Assembly (NCBI RefSeq): GCF_018385415.1
Contig: NZ_JAHAZA010000070.1
DNA from: Treponema sp.
Lineage (GTDB): Bacteria; Spirochaetota; Spirochaetia; Treponematales; Treponemataceae
Direction: 5' to 3' (one strand)
DNA length: 64,000 nucleotides
Shown here: positions 17,396 through 27,589 of the stretch, one piece after another
Position numbering within the stretch: position 1 is the stretch's first letter
Layout: every line of letters starts with the position of its first letter
Program-made: the position numbers and the translations under genes
The notes under the pieces: model-generated
Database searches by the model: none
What the model saw: the letters and a program-made list of their open reading frames with translations, nothing else
Told to the model about the DNA's origin: nothing

Positions 17396-19576
17396 TTACT
17401 TTAGTCCTGTAGAGCTTGCAGAAATTAAAAGTGATGATTTTTCTTTAACAAAAATCTTTCTCCTTGAGCCTGTATTGTTTTCAATAAAACCTTCAGGATA
17501 ATAATCAGAATCATAATAAGCATAAATATCAACGATACTGATTGCTGAATTATCTGGTGTATATGTAACTGTAAATTTTTCTGGTGGATAGTCAGGAAAA
17601 TCAAACTGAATCTGATTTTTCTTTCCTGATGGGGTAAAGTTATATGTAGTGTAATAAATTGGATTTTCACTTTCTCCGGAAACAAAAACTTCTACGCGGG
17701 TTGCAGGTTTGTTTGTGTTAATCTTAATCTGACGAATTGTTCCACCGTAATAATTTGAGTCACTATATGAGGCTGAAAGGAATTGTGATTGTGGGGCATC
17801 AATTACTCGGCCGGAGAAGGTTCCAAATTCAACTTTGTTTTTAAATGTTTTTTGTATCAGCTTTGTAGCTCCAAAAATAAGACCTATAAAAATTCCTACT
17901 GTAAGAACAAGTATTAAAGCATAGTAGCGTGGAAACCGCTTTTTCAATTTTTTCTGAAGCTCTGCAATGTTATTCTCATTAGAGGAATTTTGATTGTCCT
18001 GGGCAGATGGTAAATTTTCGTTGGTGTTATTTTCTGAAACAGAAAGCTTCTTTGTCTTCTTTGAAGCATCTTTGTTTTTATGTATCAGCCGTGAATAAAT
18101 TCTAAGGAGAATGATACTTAATGGAGTAATTGCACAGCTTAAAATCAGGTTGTATAAAGGATTTGCAAATATCAAGGGAAGAATTTGTGTCATTGTTGAA
18201 TGTGTTGAAATTGCAAAAATCAGCTGGAAGTATGGAATCAATGAAAGTAAAAAGAAAATATATAATGCAATTGAATTTTTAATATGCAATGAAATTGTAA
18301 TAATTATATAAATTACTGCAAAGAGATAAAAAAGTGAAATGTCGATTGCAGAGAAAATAAAAACATTTAATAAGCTGGAAAGTCTTAAAAGATACTCATA
18401 AGTGTAAGAGCCTACATTTTTATGAAATTTTAATTCAAGCAAAAAGAATAGTGAGATTAGTGTAAAGCTTAAAATAACTTTGATTCCAAGAACAGCAATT
18501 GGATTGCGTAAAATGTTATTGTAAAGGAGTCTTGCAGGAAATTGTGCAAGTTGCAGACAAACTGTAAGGATGATGATGGTAATAGGAACAAGATAAAGTG
18601 TTTTAATTGCACGTTTTGTTCTCAGGGTACGCATGCTGTGACCTTTTCTGAAAATAAAGCCTAAATCGCAGATAAAAACAAGACTTAATGTAATCAGAAT
18701 AAGAAGCATAGTTATTGTAATGTTTTCAGTAATCCAGAAATGATTGCCGAATAAATCTACCGGAATGTAATGGGTATCATTCTGAAAGTTTGTTCTCTCT
18801 GAAAAGGCTTTAAGGAAATCCTGGTAAATATTAATAAGCTGATTTTCTTTCAGTTGATCTTTTTTAATATTCATTTCTACTGCAGGAATATCACGAGTCA
18901 GAAATGATGAAAGTATTCTTGAAGATCTTAAAATATCCAGTTTATAAAGTGAAAGATAAAAACTTCCTTTGATTTGAGGATTAATACCATTTTTTTCAAA
19001 GCTTGAATTAGTAATATCTACAAGCCATAGAGGACAGACCTGTTTACCAGAACCTGGTGTTAAGGTTGTTATTTTTTTTGCATCAAGATTTGAATAAAGG
19101 ACACAATAGCTTTCTGTTCCCTGAATTATTTCAGCATAGATTTCAGTTCCTGTCATTTTGTCGTTGCCGGCAATTTGACTTTTATCACAGGCAGTAAGAA
19201 TAATATTGATGTTAAAATCAAAGTTCTGTTCCTGACCCCATAAGATAAATGGCTCTAGAAATGAAAACTGGTCTATTATATCTTCCTGATTAAAAATAAA
19301 AACAACTGTACTGTACTGTCGTTCTTTGTGAATTTCAAAACCTTCCGTTGATTTGATTCTTATAGAAATATTGTACGGAAAATTATCTTCCTGGGTTCGG
19401 CAAAGAGCCATCTGTCGTGCCGAAATTCCTCTTGAAGTTAACTCATTGTAAACATAGTCTGAAAGAGAGCGGCCTTTAAGGAAATGAGGGTCCATACCAT
19501 CGGCGGCTTGAGCATGAAAGCTTGAAATGAGAAAAAGGAATGAAAATATACTGATAATCAGTCGCCGAAACTTCAT
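17396..19576 (-). CDS. Hypothetical membrane protein (signal peptide, exported alpha/beta domain, ~8-9 TM helices, exported C-terminal domain)
   Basis: 726-aa ORF; hydropathy pattern read by eye; stop lies 1 nt before the dinB ATG. Confidence 0.75.
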   Translation of the reverse strand: MKFRRLIISIFSFLFLISSFHAQAADGMDPHFLKGRSLSDYVYNELTSRGISARQMALCRTQEDNFPYNISIRIKSTEGFEIHKERQYSTVVFIFNQEDIIDQFSFLEPFILWGQEQNFDFNINIILTACDKSQIAGNDKMTGTEIYAEIIQGTESYCVLYSNLDAKKITTLTPGSGKQVCPLWLVDITNSSFEKNGINPQIKGSFYLSLYKLDILRSSRILSSFLTRDIPAVEMNIKKDQLKENQLINIYQDFLKAFSERTNFQNDTHYIPVDLFGNHFWITENITITMLLILITLSLVFICDLGFIFRKGHSMRTLRTKRAIKTLYLVPITIIILTVCLQLAQFPARLLYNNILRNPIAVLGIKVILSFTLISLFFLLELKFHKNVGSYTYEYLLRLSSLLNVFIFSAIDISLFYLFAVIYIIITISLHIKNSIALYIFFLLSLIPYFQLIFAISTHSTMTQILPLIFANPLYNLILSCAITPLSIILLRIYSRLIHKNKDASKKTKKLSVSENNTNENLPSAQDNQNSSNENNIAELQKKLKKRFPRYYALILVLTVGIFIGLIFGATKLIQKTFKNKVEFGTFSGRVIDAPQSQFLSASYSDSNYYGGTIRQIKINTNKPATRVEVFVSGESENPIYYTTYNFTPSGKKNQIQFDFPDYPPEKFTVTYTPDNSAISIVDIYAYYDSDYYPEGFIENNTGSRRKIFVKEKSSLLISASSTGLK

Positions 19577-19702
19577 ATATAATAGAATAAACTAACATCG
19601 AATTATCTTCAAGTGATGTAAAAATCGGAAAATGATGCTGTATTTTATTTAATAATTTCAATTATATTGCATAAATATTCCAAAATAGGATATATTTTGC
19701 TT

Positions 19703-21028
19703 ATGGTAGTAATGAAGTTCGGTGGTTCTTCTGTTGCAGATGCAGATCGTATCCGCCATGTCGCATCAATCATCAAAGCATATAAAGATGAAAAACCGGT
19801 TGTTGTCCTTTCTGCTATGGGTGACACAACTGATCATTTGTTGGAAGCAGCAGATCTTGCTGTTAGTGGAAAAGTTGATATTTCTGGAGTTGAAAAACTT
19901 CACAGAGAAAGTGCTGATAAGCTTGGAATTAAAATTGAAGCTATTGATGACCTTCTTGAAGAATTGACTCAGCTTTTGACTGGTATTTCAATGCTTAAAG
20001 AACTTACTAAACGCACAAGAGACTACCTTGTTTCTTTTGGTGAAAGAATGTCAGTTCGTATGATGTCAGCCTACCTTACAAACCAGGGAATTCCTGCTAA
20101 GTTCTATGATGCATGGGACATTGGAATGATCAGCGATTCAAACTTTATGGCTGCTGAACTTCTTGATGAAGTTTGGGAAAACATTCCTGCACATTTAAAC
20201 GGATATAAAGACGGTAAAGACAAGGAAATTCCTATTGTAACAGGCTTTATCGCAAAAGATAAAAAAGGAAACATCACAACATTAGGCCGTGGTGGTTCTG
20301 ACCTTAGTGCTACAATGATTGGTTCTGCAATGAAGGCTAAAGAAATCCAGACATGGAAGGACGTAGACGGAATTTTGACAGCAGATCCACGTGTTGTAAA
20401 AGAAGCTCATCCAGTACCAGAAGTTACATACGAAGAAGCTGCCGAACTTGCATACTTTGGAGCTCAGGTTCTTCACCCACGTTCAATGATGCCTTGTATT
20501 AAAAGCGGTGTTCCAGTTCGTGTCAAAAACTCATATAACATCGAAAGCCCAGGATCTATCATTGTAGAAAACCATTCTGGCGAAGTTCCAAAGGTAACTG
20601 CAATCACTTCTGTTAAGCATGTTACTTTAATTGATATTAATTCAACACGTATGCTTGGAAGTGCAGGCTTCTTGGCTCACGTATTCAATAATTTCCTTAA
20701 ATGGGGAATCAGTGTTGATGTAATTGCTACATCAGAAGTTTCTGTTTCCCTTACTGTTAACGGAAAAACTGATCTTACAGGACTTTTGCAGGATCTTGAT
20801 CATGTTGCAGATGTTGAAGTTCAGAAAGACAAGTCAATTGTTACAATCATTTGTGATGCAGATCATTCAAGTGCAATTCTTGCAAGCGGTTTTGGTGCCC
20901 TTGCAGAAGCGGGAATCAATGTTCAGATGATTTCACAGGGTGCTTCAAAAGTTAATATTACAGTAATCTGTGATGACGATGAAGTTAACCAGGTTGTAAA
21001 TACATTACATAAAGCATTCTTTGGTTAA
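19703..21028 (+). CDS. lysC: Aspartate kinase
   Basis: VMKFGGSSV, VLSAMG, TTLGRGGSD, DVDGILTADP, two ACT domains; ATG 19703 preferred to TTG 19667. Confidence 0.94.
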   Translation: MVVMKFGGSSVADADRIRHVASIIKAYKDEKPVVVLSAMGDTTDHLLEAADLAVSGKVDISGVEKLHRESADKLGIKIEAIDDLLEELTQLLTGISMLKELTKRTRDYLVSFGERMSVRMMSAYLTNQGIPAKFYDAWDIGMISDSNFMAAELLDEVWENIPAHLNGYKDGKDKEIPIVTGFIAKDKKGNITTLGRGGSDLSATMIGSAMKAKEIQTWKDVDGILTADPRVVKEAHPVPEVTYEEAAELAYFGAQVLHPRSMMPCIKSGVPVRVKNSYNIESPGSIIVENHSGEVPKVTAITSVKHVTLIDINSTRMLGSAGFLAHVFNNFLKWGISVDVIATSEVSVSLTVNGKTDLTGLLQDLDHVADVEVQKDKSIVTIICDADHSSAILASGFGALAEAGINVQMISQGASKVNITVICDDDEVNQVVNTLHKAFFG

Positions 21029-21086
21029 TGACTTAAGCACAAGTGAGAATTTGCCTGTGCATTTTTAATTTTAATAAGGTGGAATT

Positions 21087-21866
21087 ATGAAAATTGCAAT
21101 TGTCGGCTATGGAAAAATGGGCCACATAATTGAAAATTCAGCAAAGAACTTTGGACATGAAGTTGTTGCTACAGTTGATATTATTGCTAAAGATGCAACT
21201 AATCTTGTACCTCAAGGCGATTATGATGCAGTTGCAAAAGCCGTTAAAGAAAGCGGAGCAGAGGGCGTTATTGAATTCTCGCATCCATCTTCTGTAATGG
21301 GAAATGTAAATGCCCTTATTCCACTTGGAATTCCTGTAGTAATCGGAACAACAGGCTGGAATGACAAACACGCTGAAGTAAATGAACTTGCTTCTAAATG
21401 CAATGGTGTTGCAATGACAAGTGCAAACTTCTCAATCGGCGTAAATATGCTTTACAAAATCATTGAAGAAGCTGCAAAGCTTGTAAGTCAGTTTGATGAA
21501 TACGATGCATCGGTTTCAGAAATTCACCACAATCAAAAGGCTGACAGTCCAAGTGGAACTGCAATTGATATTGCAAAGCATCTCCTTGCAAACTACCCAA
21601 AAAAAGATACAATCGTAACAGACCCATTCCACCAGCGTCCTAAGGCAAACGAACTTCATGTTGCCAGCATGCGAGTTGGTTCAGTTCCTGGAACTCACAC
21701 TGTTTACTTTGACTCAAATGCTGACACAATTGAAATTACACATAGAGCAAGAAGCCGCGAAGGATTTGCAAACGGTGCAGTTCATGCTCTTGAAAGACTT
21801 ACAGAGTATGTAAATAACGGAAAACTTGCAAAAGGCCGTTTATACAAGATGGAAGACTTGTTCTAA
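21087..21866 (+). CDS. dapB: 4-hydroxy-tetrahydrodipicolinate reductase
   Basis: GYGKMG, GTTG, NFSIG, EIHHNQKADSPSGTA. Confidence 0.95.
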   Translation: MKIAIVGYGKMGHIIENSAKNFGHEVVATVDIIAKDATNLVPQGDYDAVAKAVKESGAEGVIEFSHPSSVMGNVNALIPLGIPVVIGTTGWNDKHAEVNELASKCNGVAMTSANFSIGVNMLYKIIEEAAKLVSQFDEYDASVSEIHHNQKADSPSGTAIDIAKHLLANYPKKDTIVTDPFHQRPKANELHVASMRVGSVPGTHTVYFDSNADTIEITHRARSREGFANGAVHALERLTEYVNNGKLAKGRLYKMEDLF

Positions 21867-21892
21867 TAGGGAATCTGAGGTAAAATTAAAGT

Positions 21893-22261
21893 ATGTACGA
21901 TAACAAAGGTTGTGATTTGCTCGATTACGACGAATCAGATTTTAATACAGTAATTGCTTCTGACATTTCATTTTCCGGAAAAATCCGTTTTACAAAACCA
22001 TTCATGATTAAAGGAAATGTTTCAGGACTTATTCAGGCTGACAGTGATCTTGTGATTGCACAGGATGCAGTTGTTAAAGCAGATATTTTTGCTGAAAGGA
22101 TTCTTGTTCGTGGCAAGGTAGAAGGAAATATTACAGGCCAGTCAATGGTTTTTGTAACTTCAAAAGGATCTGTTTCAGGAGATATTACTTCTAAACAGGT
22201 TGTTCTTGAACCAGGAAGTAGTTTTTCTGGTCGTTGTACGATGGTGAAAGATGAAGCGTAG
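21893..22261 (+). CDS. Bactofilin (polymer-forming cytoskeletal protein)
   Basis: TVIASD...GKVEGNI...GSVSGDI...GSSFSGRCTM beta-helix repeats. Confidence 0.88.
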   Translation: MYDNKGCDLLDYDESDFNTVIASDISFSGKIRFTKPFMIKGNVSGLIQADSDLVIAQDAVVKADIFAERILVRGKVEGNITGQSMVFVTSKGSVSGDITSKQVVLEPGSSFSGRCTMVKDEA

Positions 22262-22874
22262 TATCTGTTTAATTTTATTATCTTTACTTTGTGTAAGTGT
22301 TTTTGCTCAGAAAAAAAAGGACGCACTTGTTCTTTATCAGCATAAGAATTATAAAGAAGCAATTGCGGTTTGCGAAGAAGAACTTAGAGCTGATCCAAAC
22401 CGTGTAGAAGCCTTCGTAGTTCTTTGCTGGAGCCTTATTGGTAATGGAGAATATCCACGTGCTGAACAGCGTGCTTACGATGGACTTAAGCTTGCCCGCT
22501 ATGATATTCGTTTAATTGAAGTTCTCGGTGAAGCAAAATATTATCAGGGAAAAAATGAAGAAGCTTTGAAGCAGTTCCAGGAATATATTTCAATTGCTCC
22601 AGACCGTACTGGAGATCGTGTTGATGTTGCATACTACTTTATGGGTGAAATTTACATCCGTCAGACAAAGTTCCAGCATGCAGACATTGCACTTTCTGCA
22701 GCAGTAAGAAAAAGACCTCTTTCTGATGTATGGTGGACACGTTTAGGTTATGCCCGTGAACAGGCCGGTAACTACGCAGAAAGCCTTACAGCCTATGAAG
22801 AAGCATTGAAGCTTAATCCTTCAAAGACTGATGCAATCCGTGGAAAAGAACGCGTTCAGGAACACACAAGATAA
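22251..22874 (+). CDS. Exported TPR-repeat protein
   Basis: Signal peptide followed by about five TPR motifs. Confidence 0.85.
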   Translation: MKRSICLILLSLLCVSVFAQKKKDALVLYQHKNYKEAIAVCEEELRADPNRVEAFVVLCWSLIGNGEYPRAEQRAYDGLKLARYDIRLIEVLGEAKYYQGKNEEALKQFQEYISIAPDRTGDRVDVAYYFMGEIYIRQTKFQHADIALSAAVRKRPLSDVWWTRLGYAREQAGNYAESLTAYEEALKLNPSKTDAIRGKERVQEHTR

Positions 22875-22897
22875 ATTAATCAGTTAATCGAAAATTC

Positions 22898-24343
22898 ATG
22901 AATAAAAAAATTCATATTGAAACATTAGGCTGCAGATTAAACCAAATTGAAAGTGAATCTGTGGCCGCTTTTTTTTCTGACGATGGTTTCACTGTCGCAA
23001 TGAAATCAATTACATCTAAAGATAAAGAAGACTCAGACTGTGTTTTGTGTGTTGTGAACACATGCACTGTAACTGCAAAGGCAGAGCAGAAGGCACGTCG
23101 TATTATTCGACTTCTTCTGAAAAAATATCCATCATCAATTGTCGTTGTAACAGGTTGTTATGCCCAGGTAAATAAAGAAGAAATTTCAGCGATTGACGAA
23201 AGGGTAGTCGTTTTACCGGGCCGAGTTAAAAGCCGCCTTGCCGATGTTCCATCAATTGTAAGCTCTGTATTAATTGAATCTGAAAACAATGTGGAATTAA
23301 TTCAGAAAAAAATTAAAGAACATCTTGAAAGCAAAGTTTTGTTCAAGCCTGTTACAGATACAAGTGAAAATCCATTTAAACTTTCAACTGATACATTCCT
23401 GCATCATTCAAGATCTTCAATCAAGATCCAGGACGGATGTAACTGCCGTTGTTCTTACTGCGAAATCTGTATCGCCAGAGGAAAATCTGTTTCACTTGAA
23501 GTTTCAGAAGTGTTGAAGCAGGTTGAGAAATTAATTGCAGCAGGACAAAAAGAAATTGTAATTACTACGGTTAATATTGCCCAGTATAAATCAGAATATG
23601 AAGGTAAGATTGTAGACATTGCAGGTCTTCTTGAAATTCTTTTAAACAAGACAAAAGGTGTTTCTTTCAGATTCTCAAGCCTTTATCCACAGATTGTTGA
23701 TGAAAGACTTTGTGAGCTTATAAAAGATGAAAGAGTTCGTCCACATTTTCATTTATCTGTACAGAGCGGAAGCGACGAAGTACTTTTGAAAATGAATCGT
23801 CCATATAAAGCTCAGGCTGTAATTGATGCATGCAACAGATTAAAGGCTGCAAAGAAAAATCCATATCTTGCTTGTGACATAATTGCAGGATTTCCTGGTG
23901 AAAGGGATGAAGATTTTAAGGCTACAATGAATCTTATAAAAGAATGTGGCTTTACATGGGTTCACGCTTTCCCATTCAGTCCACGACCTAATACGGTTGC
24001 TTTTACAATGAAGCCAAAGGTTCCGGAATTTGTTACAGGCAAAAGAGTCGATGAACTTCTTGAATATTCCTTTGAAAGTAAAATCAATTATATCAATTCA
24101 TTGAAGGGAACTGTTCATAAAGCCATTGTTGAGACAAGTCACAATTTAAATGCTCTCAAAATCCGTGATGGTAAAAAAGTTGTCCATGCAGTAAGTGATA
24201 ACTTTTTACATTGTGTTGTATTGATTGATGACGGTAAGGAAATTCCTTTTGCTGGTAGTGAAGTGGATGTGGAAATTGTTTCACCTTTGATTGATGAAAT
24301 CAAACGCAATGGTGAACAGGAAGTGCTTGCGCGATTGACATAG
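22898..24343 (+). CDS. mtaB: tRNA t6A37 methylthiotransferase MtaB
   Basis: TLGCRLNQIES, VNTCTVT, VTGCYAQ (UPF0004 domain); KIQDGCNCRCSYC radical SAM motif; HAFPFSPRP. Confidence 0.88.
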   Translation: MNKKIHIETLGCRLNQIESESVAAFFSDDGFTVAMKSITSKDKEDSDCVLCVVNTCTVTAKAEQKARRIIRLLLKKYPSSIVVVTGCYAQVNKEEISAIDERVVVLPGRVKSRLADVPSIVSSVLIESENNVELIQKKIKEHLESKVLFKPVTDTSENPFKLSTDTFLHHSRSSIKIQDGCNCRCSYCEICIARGKSVSLEVSEVLKQVEKLIAAGQKEIVITTVNIAQYKSEYEGKIVDIAGLLEILLNKTKGVSFRFSSLYPQIVDERLCELIKDERVRPHFHLSVQSGSDEVLLKMNRPYKAQAVIDACNRLKAAKKNPYLACDIIAGFPGERDEDFKATMNLIKECGFTWVHAFPFSPRPNTVAFTMKPKVPEFVTGKRVDELLEYSFESKINYINSLKGTVHKAIVETSHNLNALKIRDGKKVVHAVSDNFLHCVVLIDDGKEIPFAGSEVDVEIVSPLIDEIKRNGEQEVLARLT

Positions 24344-24412
24344 ATGGTGGGATTTGAACAATTGGGTGATTAAAAAGATTCCCTGTTAATATAACATGAA
24401 ATCGAAAACTGT

Positions 24413-24447
24413 AAAAAAAAAGGCTTCTGATTACCAGAAACCTTTTT
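24413..24447 (-). terminator. Rho-independent terminator of tRNA-Lys (likely bidirectional with mtaB)
   Basis: Minus strand AAAAAGGTTTCTG-GTAAT-CAGAAGCC followed by a T tract. Confidence 0.8.
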
Positions 24448-24448
24448 G

Positions 24449-24521
24449 TGAGCTACACAGGATTCGAACCTGTGACCCACGCCTTAAAAGGGCGTTGCTC
24501 TACCTACTGAGCTAGTAGCCC
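24449..24521 (-). tRNA. tRNA-Lys(TTT); CCA not encoded
   Basis: Reverse complement GGGCTACTAGCTCAGTAGGTAGAGCAACGCCCTTTTAAGGCGTGGGTCACAGGTTCGAATCCTGTGTAGCTCA folds into a full cloverleaf with anticodon TTT. Confidence 0.96.
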
Positions 24522-24548
24522 ATCCACTCACTTCGTGAATGTATTAGT

Positions 24549-24577
24549 ACTATATACTTTTGGATAAAACGTGTCAA
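24549..24577 (-). promoter_or_regulatory. sigma70 promoter of tRNA-Lys
   Basis: Minus strand TTGACA (24577-24572), 17 bp, TATAGT (24554-24549); A-rich UP-like tract upstream. Confidence 0.8.
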
Positions 24578-24776
24578 TAACTTTTTGTTTATTTTTTGAA
24601 TTTTTTTGATTATTTTTACCTTTAATGTGAAATTTGAAATCCAATCTGTGGCGACAATATAAGCCTGAGAAATCCTATAAATGTCTAATAGTAACCTTCT
24701 GTAAAGATAAGCATTAGACCTTTGAATAAATCTAGGCCATGAAAATTCCTCTTTACCAAAGCCCTACAATCTCTTC

Positions 24777-24805
24777 TTGACCAACATTTCTACTCAATTT
24801 ATAAT
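24777..24805 (+). promoter_or_regulatory. sigma70 promoter of the phoH operon
   Basis: TTGACC (24777-24782), 17 bp, TATAAT (24800-24805). Confidence 0.7.
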
Positions 24806-24861
24806 TATATTATTGAGGAAAATTTACTTTTTCTTAAATCTCGTAGTCTAAAAGGAATTTT

Positions 24862-25851
24862 GTGGAACATTCGTATACAATTGTTGTGCCTGATACTGGA
24901 ATATTAACTAAACTCTGTGGCACTAACGATAGCAATTTACGTCTCATTGAACAGCACTTAGGTGTTCCTGTGTATATGCGGGGAAATGAACTTTCAGTTG
25001 AGCAGGATGATCCTCAGGTTCAACAGCAGTTCCGTTTTATCATTGATCGTATTATAGACGAAATCCAGGATGGATATGCAGATTCCGAAGATGCTGTTGC
25101 TTCCCTTTTAAATACTGACTTAAATCCTGACTATACTCCTACAAAAGCCTTTTTTGATTCTAAACGGCAGCACGCTACAATGGACGAAGGTGCAATTATC
25201 GTTCCGGGAGCCCAGAAAAAACTTTATCCAAAAACTCAGAATCAGGCAGATTATGTAAAACTTCTTAGAACACATGACATGGTTTTTTGTTCGGGCCCTG
25301 CAGGAAGCGGTAAAACATTCCTTGCTGTAGCAGAAGCGTTAAGACTTGTTCTTTCTAAAGAAAAAAAAGGAATTATTTTAACTCGTCCAATTGTTGAAGC
25401 TGGTGAGAATCTTGGTTTTTTACCAGGTGACCTTGAACAGAAAATCGGACCTTATTTAAGACCACTTTATGATTCTATGGAATTCCTTCTTTCTAAAGAA
25501 ACTGTAAAAAAGTTAATTGAAAATGATATTATCGAAACTGCTCCTTTAGCTTACATGAGGGGGCGTACTTTAAATGATAGTGTTATCATCCTTGATGAAG
25601 CACAAAATACTACATGCGAGCAGATGAAAATGTTCTTGACCCGCATGGGTAACGGATCAAAGGTATTTATTACCGGAGATGTAACTCAAATAGACTTACC
25701 AAAGAGATGTAAGTCAGGACTTGTTCACGCACTTGATGTCCTTTCGGGGATTGCTGAAATTGGAATGATGCAGATGACTGGCTCTGATGTTGTAAGAAAT
25801 CCTCTGGTAAAGAAAATTGTACAGGCGTACGAAAATGCAAAAGACCAATGA
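24862..25851 (+). CDS. phoH: PhoH-family ATPase
   Basis: GPAGSGKT, LGFLPGDL, AYMRGRTL, ILDEAQN, GDVTQIDL. Confidence 0.93.
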   Translation: MEHSYTIVVPDTGILTKLCGTNDSNLRLIEQHLGVPVYMRGNELSVEQDDPQVQQQFRFIIDRIIDEIQDGYADSEDAVASLLNTDLNPDYTPTKAFFDSKRQHATMDEGAIIVPGAQKKLYPKTQNQADYVKLLRTHDMVFCSGPAGSGKTFLAVAEALRLVLSKEKKGIILTRPIVEAGENLGFLPGDLEQKIGPYLRPLYDSMEFLLSKETVKKLIENDIIETAPLAYMRGRTLNDSVIILDEAQNTTCEQMKMFLTRMGNGSKVFITGDVTQIDLPKRCKSGLVHALDVLSGIAEIGMMQMTGSDVVRNPLVKKIVQAYENAKDQ

Positions 25852-27589
25852 CACTCAGCCGGTAAATACCGGTAATTCAAAAAAATCTGATAATTTCTTT
25901 CACAAATTAGCTCTTAACTTGAAGAAAGATTATCCTGTTTTAATTCTTTCAGTTGTCGCTTTTATAATATTAGGAATTATATGTTTCTTAGGTGTTACAA
26001 AAAGCTTGACAGTTGCAGCTTTCTCATTGAACGAATATGAAGTAGGCCAGATTGCTGACAGAACTATTGAAGCTGACAGACCTTTGCCAGCAACTGCAGC
26101 GTATCCGTTTGCAATTGGTGATCATGAAAAGATTATCAAGAAAGGATTTGCCATTACAGAAGATGGTTACAGAAAGCTTGAAAAAATGGCCAATACAAAA
26201 GAATATATCGATTACAGAGCTTATGTAGATACATTGCTTTATTTATTCCTTTTAATGATTTTGTGGACATTGCTTTATTCAAAACCATTACTTGGAAGAA
26301 AAGCTGCCTTTAAGGAACTTTTGATTCAGATAATTTTCTTTATTCTGATTTATGGATGTGCAATGTTTGCTCCAAGAATTCAATTCTTTGCGCGAAGTTC
26401 ATATCATCTGATTATTGCAATTCCAACTGCATTGTTTATTTTCCTTATTACACTGCTTTTTGGAGAACGATCTTCAGTTTTCTTTTCAATCATCGTTTCT
26501 CTTGGTGTGTTGAACGCATCAAATTACGATCTGGTTCCTTTCCTGTTTACTCTTGCTGTTTCTTTCAGTTCTACAAGAATTATCCGTAAAATTGAAACTC
26601 GTATTGATATGGTATTTGCATCCCTGGCTGTTGCAGCTTTGAATATTGTTTTTATGTTTATTCTTAAAGTTTTATTCAATGAAAGCTTTGATGATATTGC
26701 ATCTGTTATTTTTGCACTTGCAGCAAACGGTTTTATTTCCGGAATTCTTGCCCTCGGTTTTATTACTCCTTTGGAACAGGTTTTGAACACAGCTTCTGTA
26801 TTCAGATTGATGGATTTAAGCGATTTGAATAATCCTACAATGCGTAAACTGCTTTTGAATGCTTCTGGTACTTATAATCATTCCATGATGGTTGCAACAC
26901 TTGCTGAAAATGCATGTAAAGAAATTGGTGCTAATTCACTTGTTGCACGAGTTGGTGCTTATTATCACGATATTGGTAAAATGGATCAGAGTGAATATTT
27001 TGTTGAAAATCAAAGTGGTCAGAACAAGCATGATGAAATGAATCCATCTCTATCTGTTTCAGTAATCAGAAGTCATGTTAAGCGTGGTGTAGAAAAAGCG
27101 CATCAGCTGCATCTTCCTCCACAGATTATTGATATTATTGCAGAACATCATGGAAACAGTGTAATTGCTTATTTTTATAATGTTGAAAAACAGACTAACC
27201 CTGATGTTCGTGAAGAAGATTTTTCGTACAACGGAGTTCCTCCAACAACTAAAGAAAGTGCAGTAGTTATGCTGGCAGATACAGTTGAGGCAGCATGTCG
27301 TACTCTTGAAAAGCCTTCTGTATCACGCCTTGATAAGTTCATTCAGCAGTTAATTGCTGCAAAACTTGAACATCATCAGCTTGATAATTGTCCTCTTACA
27401 TTTAAGGAACTTACAGTTATCCGTGAATCTTTTGTAACAATTCTTGCAGGGTATTATCATTCAAGAATTGAGTATCCGGATCAGAAAGATCCAGATGCAG
27501 AAGAAAAAAAGAAAGCTGATGAAATTCCTTCTTCAAAAAAAGTTGCATCAAAGTTTAAGTCAAAAAAAGAAGAGAAAAATGGAAAATAA
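25835..27589 (+). CDS. 7TM-HD phosphohydrolase (PgpH-like, putative c-di-AMP phosphodiesterase)
   Basis: Multi-TM region, then HD domain YNHS, YYHDIGK, EHHG, MLADTVEAA; phoH-HD-ybeY context; ATG 25835. Confidence 0.82.
   Translation: MQKTNDTQPVNTGNSKKSDNFFHKLALNLKKDYPVLILSVVAFIILGIICFLGVTKSLTVAAFSLNEYEVGQIADRTIEADRPLPATAAYPFAIGDHEKIIKKGFAITEDGYRKLEKMANTKEYIDYRAYVDTLLYLFLLMILWTLLYSKPLLGRKAAFKELLIQIIFFILIYGCAMFAPRIQFFARSSYHLIIAIPTALFIFLITLLFGERSSVFFSIIVSLGVLNASNYDLVPFLFTLAVSFSSTRIIRKIETRIDMVFASLAVAALNIVFMFILKVLFNESFDDIASVIFALAANGFISGILALGFITPLEQVLNTASVFRLMDLSDLNNPTMRKLLLNASGTYNHSMMVATLAENACKEIGANSLVARVGAYYHDIGKMDQSEYFVENQSGQNKHDEMNPSLSVSVIRSHVKRGVEKAHQLHLPPQIIDIIAEHHGNSVIAYFYNVEKQTNPDVREEDFSYNGVPPTTKESAVVMLADTVEAACRTLEKPSVSRLDKFIQQLIAAKLEHHQLDNCPLTFKELTVIRESFVTILAGYYHSRIEYPDQKDPDAEEKKKADEIPSSKKVASKFKSKKEEKNGK

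Noticed and set aside
19577..19702. Lysine riboswitch upstream of lysC
   Set aside because: The divergent intergenic region is about 126 nt, too short, and lacks L-box features.
24344..24448. tRNA 3' ends as integration sites for an island
   Set aside because: No integrase, no duplicated tRNA 3' end and no compositional shift beside either tRNA.
24580..24776. ncRNA or small ORF between tRNA-Lys and phoH
   Set aside because: A minus-strand open frame there has no early start codon, and I could not support a convincing structure or RNA family by eye; an Rfam scan would settle it.
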